This document shows positions 1 to 12,889 of a DNA stretch of 64,000 nucleotides, one piece after another. Source of the stretch: Hydrolagus affinis (lineage: Eukaryota); assembly GCA_012026655.1 (NCBI GenBank), contig JAAILG010000242.1:1-64000 (forward strand), read 5' to 3'. The notes below the pieces were generated by a model. That model had not been told where the DNA came from and did no database searches. It saw only the letters and a list, made by a program, of their open reading frames with translations. Position 1 is the first letter of the stretch, and each line of letters starts with the position of its first letter. A program made the translations under genes and the position numbers.

Positions 1-144
1 TAGTTCAGTGTGCACGCATTCCGATTTTTTACCTCGATATATTGATTTTTCGATATATCGATATTTTTGAAATGCCTATATCGGCATATCGATATGAAAA
101 TTATATCAGGTTTTAGCGATATATCGATATATCGCCGGACCCTA
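1..144. mobile_element. End of a non-autonomous hAT-type DNA transposon (MITE), cut by the window start
   Basis: CpG-rich subterminal CGATAT/ATATCG repeats. The terminus read on the minus strand is TAGGGTCCGGCGATATATCGATAT, resembling TAGGG-starting hAT MITEs. The 8-bp flank (possible TSD) would be CATGATAG at 145-152. Confidence 0.65.
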
Positions 145-610
145 CATGATAGTATGACATTTTAGTTCATGCACAATGCAGAACTATAGAAAATACGTGA
201 CTGTTCTCCTGGGCACGGTGGAGTGGGGAGAAGAGGTAAGCATGGTTTCCTCAGCGCTGAGCTGTCTTCATGGTGCCATAGTTGGCAATGCAATTGAGTC
301 AATCCTCTGTTGTGGTCTTGGTAGTCAAGCTCCTAAGCCACGGGGTCCTCAGTATTCTAAGGCATGGCTGATTATAGACCAAACAACAAGGTTCAACAAT
401 AGTCCTTGGAGTGACAGACCAGTCACTGAGGCAGGGTTTCTTCCCACTGATCTCCTGTGAACCATGCAAGCCAAAGCCCAAATAAAAACTGTGCTTATTG
501 ATGGATAAGCATGGAGAAACTCAACAGACACTGATGACAAGCTATGCAGTTTTAGCTGGCTAAACTCTAGCAGTACCCTTAATACTCAAGCTGGGGTGAC
601 TAAGCCTTAG

Positions 611-1020
611 GTATATAAGGCCATTCACGGCCTTGCCCCCACCTATCTCTTTGACCTGCTGTCTCCCTATCAGCCTGGCCGTTCCCTCCATTCAGTGGGC
701 TCTGGGCTGTTCCACGTTCCCACCCGAACGGCCGCACCATCGGTGGTCGGGCTTTCAGCCTCTCTGCCCCCACATTCTGGAACTCCATCCTGCAATCCCT
801 TCGCCTTGCTTCCTCCCTTTCCTCCTTCAAGGCCGGTCTCAAGACGTTCCTCTTCAACCGTGCCTTCTGCTCCCCTCCTAACTCTCCCCCCTCTCCTACT
901 TTCCTTACCCCTACCCTGAGCCCTCCCCCCATCCCCCACTTGGGTCCTGACCTAACTGGTCAGTGCCTTGGGACGTCCTCCTGACGTGAAAGGCGCTCTG
1001 TAAATGTAATTTTGTTGTTG
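611..1020 (+). mobile_element. 5'-truncated L2 LINE (tail type A) in a CLCN4 intron, with TSD
   Basis: L2 ORF2 C-terminal remnant ([11 protein letters not shown]), C/T-rich 3' UTR, stem-loop and (GTT)n tail. Flanked by TAAGCCTTAG (601-610) and TAAGCCTTGG (1021-1030). Confidence 0.85.
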
Positions 1021-1331
1021 TAAGCCTTGGCTCGACCAACTTGCACCTAACTTTTTCCAGAATTAGATAAACTAGAGCGAGAGAATGAGCATTTTATTCC
1101 AGACATAGGGAAATTTGTATGTATAGATGACATGCATATGTGGAACTCTGACTGGTTTTTGATACTCTGAAGCACAGTGATGGGTTTTTCCATGTGTCAG
1201 ACACTCAGCTAACCAAAATAAAACCACAGACAACTGCCACTGCACCGTCTAACATTAGAGTTTCCAAAAGATAAGTTATTTCATGAAACATTCACTGGGA
1301 TTGAATAAACTATTTATATTTCATATTTTAA

Positions 1332-1580
<249 letters not shown>

Positions 1581-1599
1581 TAGGAACAGTAGAAAGTTA

Positions 1600-1722
1600 T
1601 TATTCAACAACATATATTTACCTAGCTCCCCTCACTCAGGGGTGCTAGGTAAATACAACATCGCAGAGCGCATGACAATGCTGGAGCATGATGCCAAGCC
1701 GGGAGGAGTGGAGGTGACCATA
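1600..1722 (-). mobile_element. L2 3' end (type C) containing an internal inverted duplication
   Basis: Minus strand reads GGTCACCTCC...CGGCTTGGCATCATGCTCCAGCATTGTC, like the L2 end at 62600-62660, and finishes AAATATATGTTGTTG. Confidence 0.55.
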
Positions 1723-1769
1723 GACCCTCTTCCTGAATCTGGTATGACTCCATTCTGGAGTTGACTCTG

Positions 1770-1925
1770 GGACCTCGAATGAGTAAACTCTTTAAGGACG
1801 AGGGTATCACAGTTAACCCTCAGATCAATCTTCACTTAATGTCCACACACGCGCATCCCTGCCAGCAGTCACTGAATAACTACTGTATTAGGAGTATGAA
1901 CAATGGCAGATTTTTCCCTAATCAA
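1770..1925 (-). mobile_element. Fragment of an old tRNA-derived SINE family (family X)
   Basis: Minus strand GGAAAAATCTGCC...CTGCTGGCAGGGATGCGCGTGTGTGGAC...CTGTGATACCCTC resembles the degenerate copies at about 37700, 49000, 51400 and 63600. Confidence 0.5.
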
Positions 1926-2241
1926 ATGACAACTTGCATTTATGTAGAGTCCTTCATATGGGATAATGTTTCAGAGCATTTACAGTTGTGGAGTTGGATG
2001 CCAAGCAACGGGGGAAAGGGGTGGTGACTATACAGGTGCAGTCACAGAGATAAATTTTCCGTATTACCCTAAGTACGATCAACTAACTCAGTGTGCAGGG
2101 GATAAAACCACTGTGGAGGGCTCAGTTACATACAAGATGAACTCATCAAGCCACCTAGAGAACCTGAGACTCTCACGTTAAATATTAATTTAGAACTTGT
2201 ATACTCAAGGAAAAGTCCATTAATAATCTCTGTTCTAATAA

Positions 2242-2871
<630 letters not shown>

Positions 2872-2999
2872 TAGAGTGTGCAGAAAGAAATAACCTTTGT
2901 CTTCACTGTCTGACTTGCACAAATGTAGGGAGAGGCCAACAGAAGCTGGTGCCTTTGCTCTTCCCAATGGTTTGATACATGTACACTAAGAAAATAAGA

Positions 3000-3350
3000 A
3001 CTATAGCACTATTTGAGAAGAGAGTTTCTCCCTGTGACCTGGCCAACAATCCAGTTAAAATCAGTCTTTGCTTCATCTCTGATTGTAGGAGAATTGTTGT
3101 ATGTAAATTGGCTGCCATGTTCTACTACAAATCAGTTTCTGTAATCTACGGTAACACTCCTCAAGCATTTTGCTACAACAAATGCAATTATTTTATTACT
3201 ATTAATCCGCTGTTGTTTGTGGAACACTACTGTGCACAATGTGCTGCCGTGTTTCGCCCACAAAATACAAACTTTACAATATATTCCGTGAAGCGCTTTG
3301 AGATGTCTCAACGATGTCATAAGGCGCTATATCAAATGCAAGTATTATTG
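3000..3350 (+). mobile_element. Degenerate Deu-domain SINE fragments
   Basis: GCACTATTTGAGAAGAGAGTTTCTCCC...GGCCAACAAT and AAATTGGCTGCC, followed by a second 3' half ending GCGCTATATCAAATGCAAG. Confidence 0.65.
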
Positions 3351-3452
3351 TAACTTGAAACATAAGATGGAGTCAAATTGTCAAAGTTAAATAAAAATAC
3401 CAGCACAAAGCCACGACTGTGCCTTGTTAAAAATCTTCAAAGGCAATTTAAT

Positions 3453-3782
3453 GGAGTGCTGTAGCTCAGTGGTTAGAGCACTTGTCTTGCAAGCTGGGGA
3501 GACCAAGCTGGGGAAACCTGTGTTCAAATCCAGGCAGTCAGGGCGAAATGTTAAGCAAATTTCCTTACACCACATGCCTAATAATAATACGTCCAAAAAA
3601 ACCACAATAATAAAATTGGTCATTTGAATCTACGACTGTGTGTGAGACACTGCTGTACGCAATTGGCTGCCACGATTCGCCCACAATATACAGTCAATTT
3701 ACTTTACAGTATATTCTGTGAAGCGCTTTGAGATGTTGATAAGATGTGAAAAGCGCTATATCAAATGCAAGGATTATTATTA
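3453..3782 (+). mobile_element. Full-length young tRNA-derived SINE (short variant) with an L2-type tail
   Basis: A box TAGCTCAGTGG, B-box-like GTTCAAATCC, Deu-like TGCTGTACGCAATTGGCTGCC, tail stem-loop and (ATT)n. Confidence 0.9.
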
Positions 3783-3830
3783 ATGTTCTTTGGCAAATGT
3801 TATTGATTCCAATCTTCTCTGTTATATCAG

Positions 3831-4047
3831 AAAATGCAAGGAAGAGGCAAGACGGAGTGGTGAGCAATTCAATTGTGTATTTAACTGAAGATCCTCCGCA
3901 GCTGCCTCCCAATAGCCCGTGTCCGCTGAAACTGCGCAGGATTCTGAACCTGAGCCCCTTCACAGTGACTGATCACACGCCTATGGAGACAGTGGTGGAC
4001 ATCTTTCGAAAGCTAGGCCTTCGACAGTGTCTGGTCACTCACAGTGG
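3831..4047 (+). CDS. CLCN4: CLCN4 coding exon (217 nt), [13 protein letters not shown]...CBS2 [35 protein letters not shown]
   Basis: Acceptor atatcag ends at 3830 and donor gtaagt starts at 4048. Encodes ClC-4-type CBS2 sequence. Confidence 0.97.
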
Positions 4048-4202
4048 GTAAGTAGCATTTGATGCAATAGTGAATGTTGTCAGTTAGTGTTCTGATGCGC
4101 CACACATGAGCGCTATGATATTGTCCTTAAACTTACAAGTACTTATCAATACAACATTATTAAAATGGCTGCTAAGAGGGATGGTTACTCATATAAATAT
4201 GA

Positions 4203-4382
<180 letters not shown>

Positions 4383-4533
4383 CTTTCAACCTTATCTAGA
4401 GGGTAAGGGTTAATGAGAACACTGGGCATGACTGAGGACCTCTGCAGGGACATCCTTCAAGTGGGCACTGAATCACAGGATCAAGGATATACTGACTCAA
4501 AACACAGGCTACCGACCGCGTCTTGTCTTGTTT

Positions 4534-4539
4534 AATAAA
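4534..4539 (+). terminator. Candidate proximal poly(A) signal
   Basis: First AATAAA after the CLCN4 stop; motif only. Confidence 0.3.
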
Positions 4540-5859
4540 TGAACAATCCACAATACAGTGTGTTAAATTGAGGACCGCTTAGGGCGAATAACTACTGACT
4601 ATGTTCTTCTTTCAGGAGCCTGAAGCAGTAAAAGGAAGGTCAAATGCCTTCTCTCTTGAAAAGCCAGGCAATTCAGTCCAAGATGCATCTTATATAAATG
4701 CCCCAAATTGCCATTTCTCTTTCTAAAGTTTGTCCACTGGGGATAACCCAATAGAATGGGTATCAGTTGGTTGCATGTTGATACAGTTATTAACCAATGA
4801 TGTATCATGTTGATACCCCCAAATAACCCCCTGGGTATAAAACTAAGTCTGTTTTGATGACAGATTCTGGAGTATAGAAAATGCACGTACAGTGGATTAG
4901 TGTTCCCATATAATTGACGTAATATTACATGGTTAGACCAACATCTGTTGCAATAATTAGAATATTTAAAAGAACAGCAGCCGAGGACAGCACATCTAAC
5001 TCTACATGTTTAATCAGTGATTGTTTTATTAATGTAATACAGTAGTCCTCAATTCCAATTAATTCTAATAAAGTCAATTGCGCCTCTCAGCTTAAAGCCA
5101 TTCTCTTTCATTGTAATTTAAACTAACATGCCTGCATTCATGTGAAATTAGTTTGAGTTCAGTAGTCAAACTCTTCTTTTATTTTAACAGGGTTTGCAGT
5201 GAGTTCTGTTGCTATAGTTCCTTGCAAATGGTTCAGAATGGAAATAGGTTATTAACATTTAAAATTAAATTAACAGAACAATCAGTTTTGCAATGGCACA
5301 TTATTTTTTATCCCAGGACTGAATGATAATTTTCACATTGAATTGGTTCTGAAATCAATCTTACCCCAGTTTTTTTTTAACTAGAAAAGGATCTAAAGAG
5401 AAGAGCACCAAAAATGAATGGACACATATCAATTCAGTGTCAGGAACCAACTTCCATACATTTAACTGCTCTGATTTTGTCTTCCTATGGTGCACCAAAG
5501 CAGTATTATTTAATCTGATCTTTTGTGACTGAAAATCAGAAGTTTAGTACATCTGGCATTAAACGTTAAAACAAGAAATGTTATTGTATTGTTAATATTT
5601 GATTGAGTAGGCTATACGGAAAGACCGGCCATTTACTTAGTAGAGGTGACGTCACCATTTAATCATGTTGAACTACATCTTGATTGAAAAGTGACTCTGT
5701 GCTTCAGCACACCTTAAACCTGCTCAGAAAATAATCTTTACAAAATGACTCAGTAGAACTATGATTTTTTTAAACTGACTTAATCAAATTGATCTTTATT
5801 GTCATTGCAGTGCAAATCACCCAGAGAAGCTATCAATACCAGCAGTTCCCAATCTAATA

Positions 5860-6215
5860 TATTCCGGGAGAATCAGCAAAGATGTTAAGGCCTTGGAGGG
5901 ATGCAGATGAGAGTCTACTAAAAAGGTTCCAGAGATGAATGCCTGCAGTTATTGGAGAAGCTGGATTTGTTTCCATTGGGCAGAGAAAGTTGAGGGGGAC
6001 TAAATAAAGGTGACTAAAATCATGAAAGCTTTTCTAGGGTAAATAAGGATTAGTTATTTCTATTGATAGGAGAGTCAGCAATTAGGGAACACAGTGATAA
6101 GTTTGCTATAGGAACAGTGAAAGGAGATGTTGGGATGTAGACCTCCCAGCTACATAGGGTGTTAGGAACACATTTCATTGTAACTTTCAAGTGAGTAGAT
6201 AAGCATATGAGAGAA
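5860..6215 (+). mobile_element. Degenerate CR1 LINE ORF2 3' fragment
   Basis: Remnant reading DVKALE..Q...LEKLDLFPLGRESxGGLNK; resembles the CR1 ALERVQRR...LGLFSLERRRLRGDLIEVYKIM block. Confidence 0.65.
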
Positions 6216-6229
6216 AGGTTGTGTTGGAT

Positions 6230-6583
6230 TTCTGTAGCTTTATGGTGGAACATTCACCTCGCAAACGAGAAGACTTGGGGTGGTTCCTGGGTTGGGCGAA
6301 CACGCCTCCATTGGCGAAGCAATAAATAGGAACCCAGTTGTAAACCAATTAGCAAATAGTTTTTCTGAGGGGTAATAATCCCTTCAGAATAAATAACAAT
6401 AATAATTTGGTCACTCAATGCACCTCTGTTTGTGGGACACGGCTGTGCGCAATTGGCTGACTCGTTTCACTCACAAAAGGTAGGGAGGGTCGATTCACTT
6501 TGCAGTATATTCCACAAAGCACTTTGAGATGTCTTCAAGACTTGATAAGGCGCTACGTCAAATGCAAGGATTATATTATTATT
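6230..6583 (+). mobile_element. tRNA SINE, long (CORE-like-containing) variant, degenerate
   Basis: AGCAATAAATAGGAACCCAG block, Deu-like GTGGGACACGGCTGTGCGCAATTGGCTG and L2-type tail. Confidence 0.7.
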
Positions 6584-7234
6584 AGCTGTACCCATTGCAA
6601 CTACGCTTGCAACCAAAGGATCCAATATGGAACGTGGGCAGCTAATTTTGTTGCGCTATTGTAGTCCTTTCAGCATTAAAGTGCAGCTGCGCTGTTCTTT
6701 GTTTTTCAGTTTCATTTAATGGGCCTTCTTTGTTTTGTCTAGCCTGTTCACTTATCCTTGAAGAATTGAATTTCCAATGATAAATATAATGTGTACAGTA
6801 ATTCATAATCACTGGGACATCCTCTTGACCTGGAAGCCATGCAATTTTGTTGTTGCCATGGCTTAGCTTTGTCTGTGTTCTTTATTTTGTTCCCGCCGCT
6901 GCTTGGCTGTTTGCATGCTCTATGACGCAGGATGCCACAGTGCCACAGTCAACTGGCGCGGCAACCAGGTATAACTGCAATGTGTACGTGCTCAGTGACA
7001 CATGATACCACAGTGCCACTTTGACTTGGCGGCCACCAGATCCAACTGCAGCGAAAACTGCAAAACTAAAATAAATTTTAGGTCATAATTCATGAACGAT
7101 AGGAGACAACTGAAATATTCTCGTATCACTCTCTGGAGCAAGGCCTTTCTGATGTATAAATCATGTCTCTACATCAATCAGTTATTGAGATCCTTCTTGA
7201 AGCGCAGACTGTCATTATCACTGTATTCGTATAG

Positions 7235-7357
7235 AAGATTAGAAAGGGGCTTGAAGCGGTATGGGGATAAATGTGGGACTGAAGTATTCTGCTTCTTCTG
7301 TGAGCTGATGCTGACTGAATGGTCTCCATCTGACTGTCGATTCTGATTCTATGATCT
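7235..7357 (+). mobile_element. CR1 3' terminus
   Basis: GGTATGGGGATAAATG...GACTGAATGGTCTCC...ATTCTGATTCTATGAT, the typical CR1 terminal repeat. Confidence 0.55.
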
Positions 7358-8449
7358 CAGGCCTTTCATATTTCAATTGTAGAATACATTTGGCAAGCGT
7401 GGAGCTCAATCTTTTCCACTTCACAGATGCCAAACCAGGATTGAAATGGTTCATGAACAAGTAATGTCTTTATTAAATTAAAACTGCATTCCCAGTTTCT
7501 AAGAGAGTGGTAATTTGTCACCTTGAAATGCTCCAAATCAGGTTTAGGTGGGACAGGCCAACTTTGAAAAGCTAAGAAAGCATTCAGGTAGCTCTTTCTG
7601 TCGTTTGCAAAATTGGAGACTAGAAACAACCTAAGCATCTATGTGGAGCTCTGCCTCCCTTGACCCCAAAGTGATAAGAAATGGAAGGAAAATCTTTGCT
7701 GCTCTCTTGCACCACTCTCAGAACTATCTGATATTGTCCACATAATGCAGTTTAACTGAGGTATTAGAGTAGCTTGAATTCTAAGTATTGCTACTATGAC
7801 TACCGCAGAACAAGTACCATAATGTATTATTAAATAATTCAGTGGCTTTTACCACACAAGTAGAAAGTTTTACAAAACTAGTCACATATTTTGATTATTG
7901 AGTTAAATCATTTTTAAAAGAAGTCTTTTATCTGCTGTATTGCAAATTGATTAATCTTATTTGTGTACCTAGGGAAGACACAACAAATATGCCAGTATAT
8001 TAGCCTTCAGTATGTTGCAGTTTGCTGTCAATGAGTGGAGTCTTTGGTCATTAATCATCTCTATAAGTTGTGATATTTAAGTACAGGTTAAAAAAAAAAT
8101 GTAAATTATCCTGTATTCGGTACAGACTAGCTGTGAAGCTAGCTTTCAAAGCTGGTTTTCAACCAATTAAAATTATACAATTTGGAAAGTTGCTCCTACG
8201 TGAAAAATGATAGAGCAGGAGGGGAAGTGAGCAGAGGCTACACATTGTACAAGGGTTAAAATGTATGTTTTAAAAGATGAGGGAGTTTAAAAATACATAA
8301 TCAATCTGTATTCCATCCACTCAATTGGATGGAATACAATAAAAAAATAGAAATGGGAAAGATTGAGGGAGACCAACAGGATGAGCGAAATGGAAGCAAT
8401 TTTTCTTTTAATTCAAACGGCATTTGGTGTTTATTTGTCGTTGATGGTT

Positions 8450-8655
8450 GGTATCCTCCTCCACCGCCTCTCCTCCCTCTTCTCCCTTAGTGGGACCACA
8501 CTTGTGTCCTACTTAACCAACCGCCTCCATTTCATCTCGGCAAATGATTTCTCCTCCCGCTCCCCAGGGCTCCATTCTTGGTCCTCTTCTTTTCCTTATC
8601 TATATGGTCCTTCTGGGAGATGTCATCCGCAGACATGGGGTAAAGTTCCACATGT
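8450..8655 (+). mobile_element. L2 reverse transcriptase fragment
   Basis: Remnant ILLHRLSS...PQGSILGPLLFLIYM..LGDVIRRHGVKFH. Confidence 0.75.
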
Positions 8656-8669
8656 TATAGGGATGATCA

Positions 8670-8857
8670 AAAAAAAACTATAATAAATTGATCATTTCAA
8701 TCCATGACCATTTGTGTGACCCTGCTGTACTAATTGGCTGCTGCTTTTTGCCCACAAATATACAGTCAATGCACTTTACAGTGAAGCTGTGAAGCGCTTT
8801 GAGATGTCTAGAGGACGTGAAAAGCGCGATATCAAAATGCAAGGATTATTATTATTT
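8670..8857 (+). mobile_element. 3' half of the young SINE
   Basis: Matches 3600-3782. Confidence 0.8.
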
Positions 8858-8989
8858 AATTGTTGCAGCAATCATATGAAATTAACAGGAACAGTGTTGC
8901 GTAACTGGTGCATCAAATGTGCAATTCCAGCAATGTGTAACAAGGATTTTAATTTGTCCCAAATAAGCTTTGTTTCACAATTGCAGGGC

Positions 8990-9023
8990 TATTTATTTAT
9001 TTATTTATTTATTTATTTATTTT
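8990..9023. repeat. (ATTT)n microsatellite
   Basis: About eight uninterrupted ATTT units. Confidence 0.9.
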
Positions 9024-9189
9024 GTCAGAATTCAGAGAATTTCAGAACATTTCTTACCTCACTGAATGCTAGTCTGCAAAATATAATTAATGCATTTCAT
9101 TTTTCTAAATGGATCAAGTATGATTTATCCAATAAAGATTATTCCCCCCAATTGTGAATAGTTGGTAATATTGTAGCGTGAATACTAAT

Positions 9190-9410
9190 CGGATAGGACC
9201 CAGACATTTACATTATCCAAAACAGGATAAGGCCATTCAGCCCCTCCAGCCTGTTCTGCCTTTTCATTCATGGCAGATGTTTTGCTTCCCCCCACCAAAA
9301 CCCCAACATCCTAAGTATTTACCTTTTCAAACATCTCACTTGATTCTGATGACCATCTGTGACAGTCCATTCTTTGCGACCCTCTGTGAATAAATATTTT
9401 GTCAACTCAC
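9190..9410 (-). mobile_element. CR1 3' fragment
   Basis: AGGCCATTCAGCCCCTCCAGCCTGTTCTGCC is the reverse complement of a CR1 3' UTR hairpin region. Confidence 0.55.
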
Positions 9411-9840
9411 TTCTACCGAGCCAGTTAAGATCCTATTGAGACCTGTATTGCACATATTGGGCAAAATTTTTATTTCGCTGTTTTGAACCACCATAATCCG
9501 TGCCTCCAACGTGACTCGTTGAACTAGCATTATCGCTTTATCCACTCCTATAAGCAATGGCACAGGATTTATGCACCCGGCTGCATTGCACATGGCAAGA
9601 GCATGGTTGTTATGCTAATAAGACTCGTGCAGTTGTTTTAGTCGTGGGCATGGGAGAGTCGCTTCATTGGTGACATAATGGCAACACAATAGCTGACATA
9701 ATAGTTTATACAGTTTTGTATAATATACTAATATAGTTTTAAAACAATAGGAGCAAAGCAACAATTTCAATTTAGAAATTCTTAATCTATCAGACAGCAA
9801 TTATTATGATGTTCTCTCTTCCCGTCATAATAGTCTCAAT

Positions 9841-10161
9841 GTACTGTAGCTCAGTGGTTAGAGCACTCACCTTAAAAGCGTGAGACCAATGTTCGAATCC
9901 AGGCAGATCAGGGCGAAACCTTGGGGAAGTTTCCTTACTCCGTATGCCTAATAATAATCCCTCCAAAAAAAACACAATAATAAAAATTGGTCATTTTCAA
10001 TCCACGACTGTTTATGGGACACTGCTGTATGAAATTGGCTTCCGCATTTCGCCCACAAATATACAGTCAATTCACTTTACAGTATATTCTGTGAAGGCTT
10101 TGAGACATTGATAAGATGTGAAAAGCGTTATATCAAATGCAAGGAATATGATTATTATTAT
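9841..10161 (+). mobile_element. Full-length young tRNA SINE (short variant)
   Basis: A box, intact B box GTTCGAATCC, Deu-like block and tail. Confidence 0.9.
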
Positions 10162-12889
10162 GAAGTCGCTTGCACTTTCAACTTCTAATTAGTGATTGTT
10201 GACTGCTGGTTAGTGAAATGCCAGCTTGCTCTGAGAATCTTATTGAGTAAAAACATGGTTTTCCCTGATACTTAACTAAAATATGTCAGGATATTCAGAT
10301 CTAAATCATTGATGTGCATGGTAATAAGCAGAATGCAGAGATCGTTTTTTTCTGTTAGAAACTATGCATATCCAATTTGATGTAAGAACATACTCGAAAC
10401 TGCATAGCTTGTGCATTATTTAGTCAGCTTTGCACTGAATAAGTTTTTAATTCATCAATGCCTAGATTGTGTATTCATCAACGAAAGAAAAATTTGAAGG
10501 AACTGGTTACGCTTCACAATGTGCAATCATAAATCTGACTTCTTGCTTTCACTTACTGAGACATTTCTAAGAGATTATGTAATGGTGGGTTCATGTCTGC
10601 TTTGATCAAATCTTTGCATTAAAAATATCAGCCTAAGTACCCAGATGTCACATTCATGCCGAGAGATATCAATGGGAATTGAAATCATATTTCCACTGAT
10701 ATCATCCTGTATATAAAGAACAGTTTAATATTAATGTCAGTGATTTATCAGCTGATGTCAGTAGCTAAAATCTGAATTGGAACACAGTATCCTTCACATG
10801 ATGTCCACATAGTGGGTAGATCATTCAACTCGACTTCATATTAAAAGCTTCTGGGTTTGAAACAACAACAACTTGCATTTAGATCGTGCAAATGCTAGCA
10901 TAATGTTTCAGCTAATGAGAAAATCAAGCATTTTTTATATATTAATTGATATATAATTTACACACATAGATTATGCATATGTGTAGAGAGGGAGAGAAAT
11001 TAGTTTTGAGTAAAAGACAGTATAAAAGTACTGTCCCTCAAACCAAGCTGTGCCAATTTGGTTTGAGGGCACCAGAGACTCAGGCAAATCCATTCCCTCT
11101 TGTTACTATCATCCCGTATCTTTCCAGGTTTATTTAAATTCCAGAGTATTACTATGGAACTGTGAGGAAAGCAGGTGTGAGTATAAAGACTTGAGACTCC
11201 CATTATGTGGAAGAGTTTAAGTGCATAGGTTAAAAACTGGCTAGTTCTTTCGCACTTCGAAAGTGGTAGAGTTATGTAGTTATGTAACATTGATTAGAAA
11301 TAAAAAAACAAAATGTTGCACATGTACGGACCAAGTGACATATGCATTCCATTTTACAATGAAGCATTCACTGGTGGATTATGCTGACTGTTTTAGATTA
11401 CAGATTGTGTGTGTGATTCTTTCTGTACATCTAGGATGAGCAGCACAAATTCATGGTAACGTTCATTTCATCAATTTACCATGAGGCCATATGACACTAT
11501 ACTTAACAAAAAAAACTTTGCTGCTGACATTATTAAAGGTTGTCAATTAATATATTAATCATTCTTGAAAAATTGCATACCCAATTCTGTTCTTTAGATG
11601 CTATAATAATGCTATAAGTGTATTGTAACACCCTTGTGAGTAGAAATCAATAATGGTACTTCCTTAATATTGTAAGTACTCTACTAAAACCTCACTAATA
11701 AAATTGGATTATCAATTTACAGCTGTAAATAAAACACAAGTAAACTATAGAAGTGTAGAATTTTACAATTAATCCTTGACATGATTTCATTTGTACAGAC
11801 AATGCAATACACAGTATCGTATGACTGAACAGCCATAAGGGAAAGAACATGCCTTTAAACTAATTTCAACCCAAAGTGGTTGTTTGACCTTTAATTTGGT
11901 GTGTTGTGAATGGCTAGACTAATAATTATTTTAAGAATTAATGACATGAGCTTTACATAGGCCACAAGTTCTAGTTTCCGGCAATTATAGACTTTTGATT
12001 TGGTCAGCTGGGTGTCTGGTACCTGTGGAAACCCGTCACCTTTCCTAAGAATATCCAAACCAGATTGAGATTTCCATATATATATTGCATAAACACATGG
12101 AAACCTTCCTGTGTATGGAATGGAATGTGCAATCTTCCTCCTTGGAGGGACACATCCTGCTTACTTAAATTCTGGAGAGTATTAGACTAGTAAGTGAAAT
12201 CATTCTTTAACAAGAAGTAGTCTGAATTTCTTTTTTTTATATCCATATAAATATATCTAAATATGCACTGAATTGACCATTCATTGTACTGTATTAGCAA
12301 AGAGGACCTACAAAATTATCTTTAAACATGATGTCTAAATTGATGTAAGGTTCCATAATTTGGTCACCAGAAAGCTGTGATCTGCGGGCAAAGTCAGTGA
12401 AAGTGGGAATTCTTACTGTGTATTAGTCTTCCTTATTCCTTCTTTAAGATAATTCGGGAGCTTAATGTTTATCATTTAGAACTATTAGTTCTATAAGAAA
12501 GAAGAATTTGGTATAATTCTAAGGCTGGTAGGCAGGTTGAATTTAGTGTGTTAAATAAGTGTAATGATCCTAAAACATATCTTTGTTGCTTCTCGTCCCT
12601 TCACTCTCATTGAAATTATAACTCATTACTGCTAAATTGTAACCTACATCTTCACCAATATGCCAGTTGACTGCCTATGTACTATATACTGCCTATTTAA
12701 AGTTTCAGCCTTCCCTTATAATTCCATTTATTTCACTAGTGCTACACTCCAGTAAAGACAAAATGAGGTCTTTGGTAATCCTGTCCTCATTTTGTCTCAT
12801 ATTTGAATGTTTTGCCTTGAAATTTGTTGCACTGGAATGTACCCTTCTAAATGCAAATATGTTCTTGAAGGCAGTTTTTTCAGAGTAAT

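Noticed and set aside
3690-3782. Recurrent peptide [23 protein letters not shown] in many ORFs, suggesting a small gene family
   Set aside because: It is a translation of the shared SINE tail.
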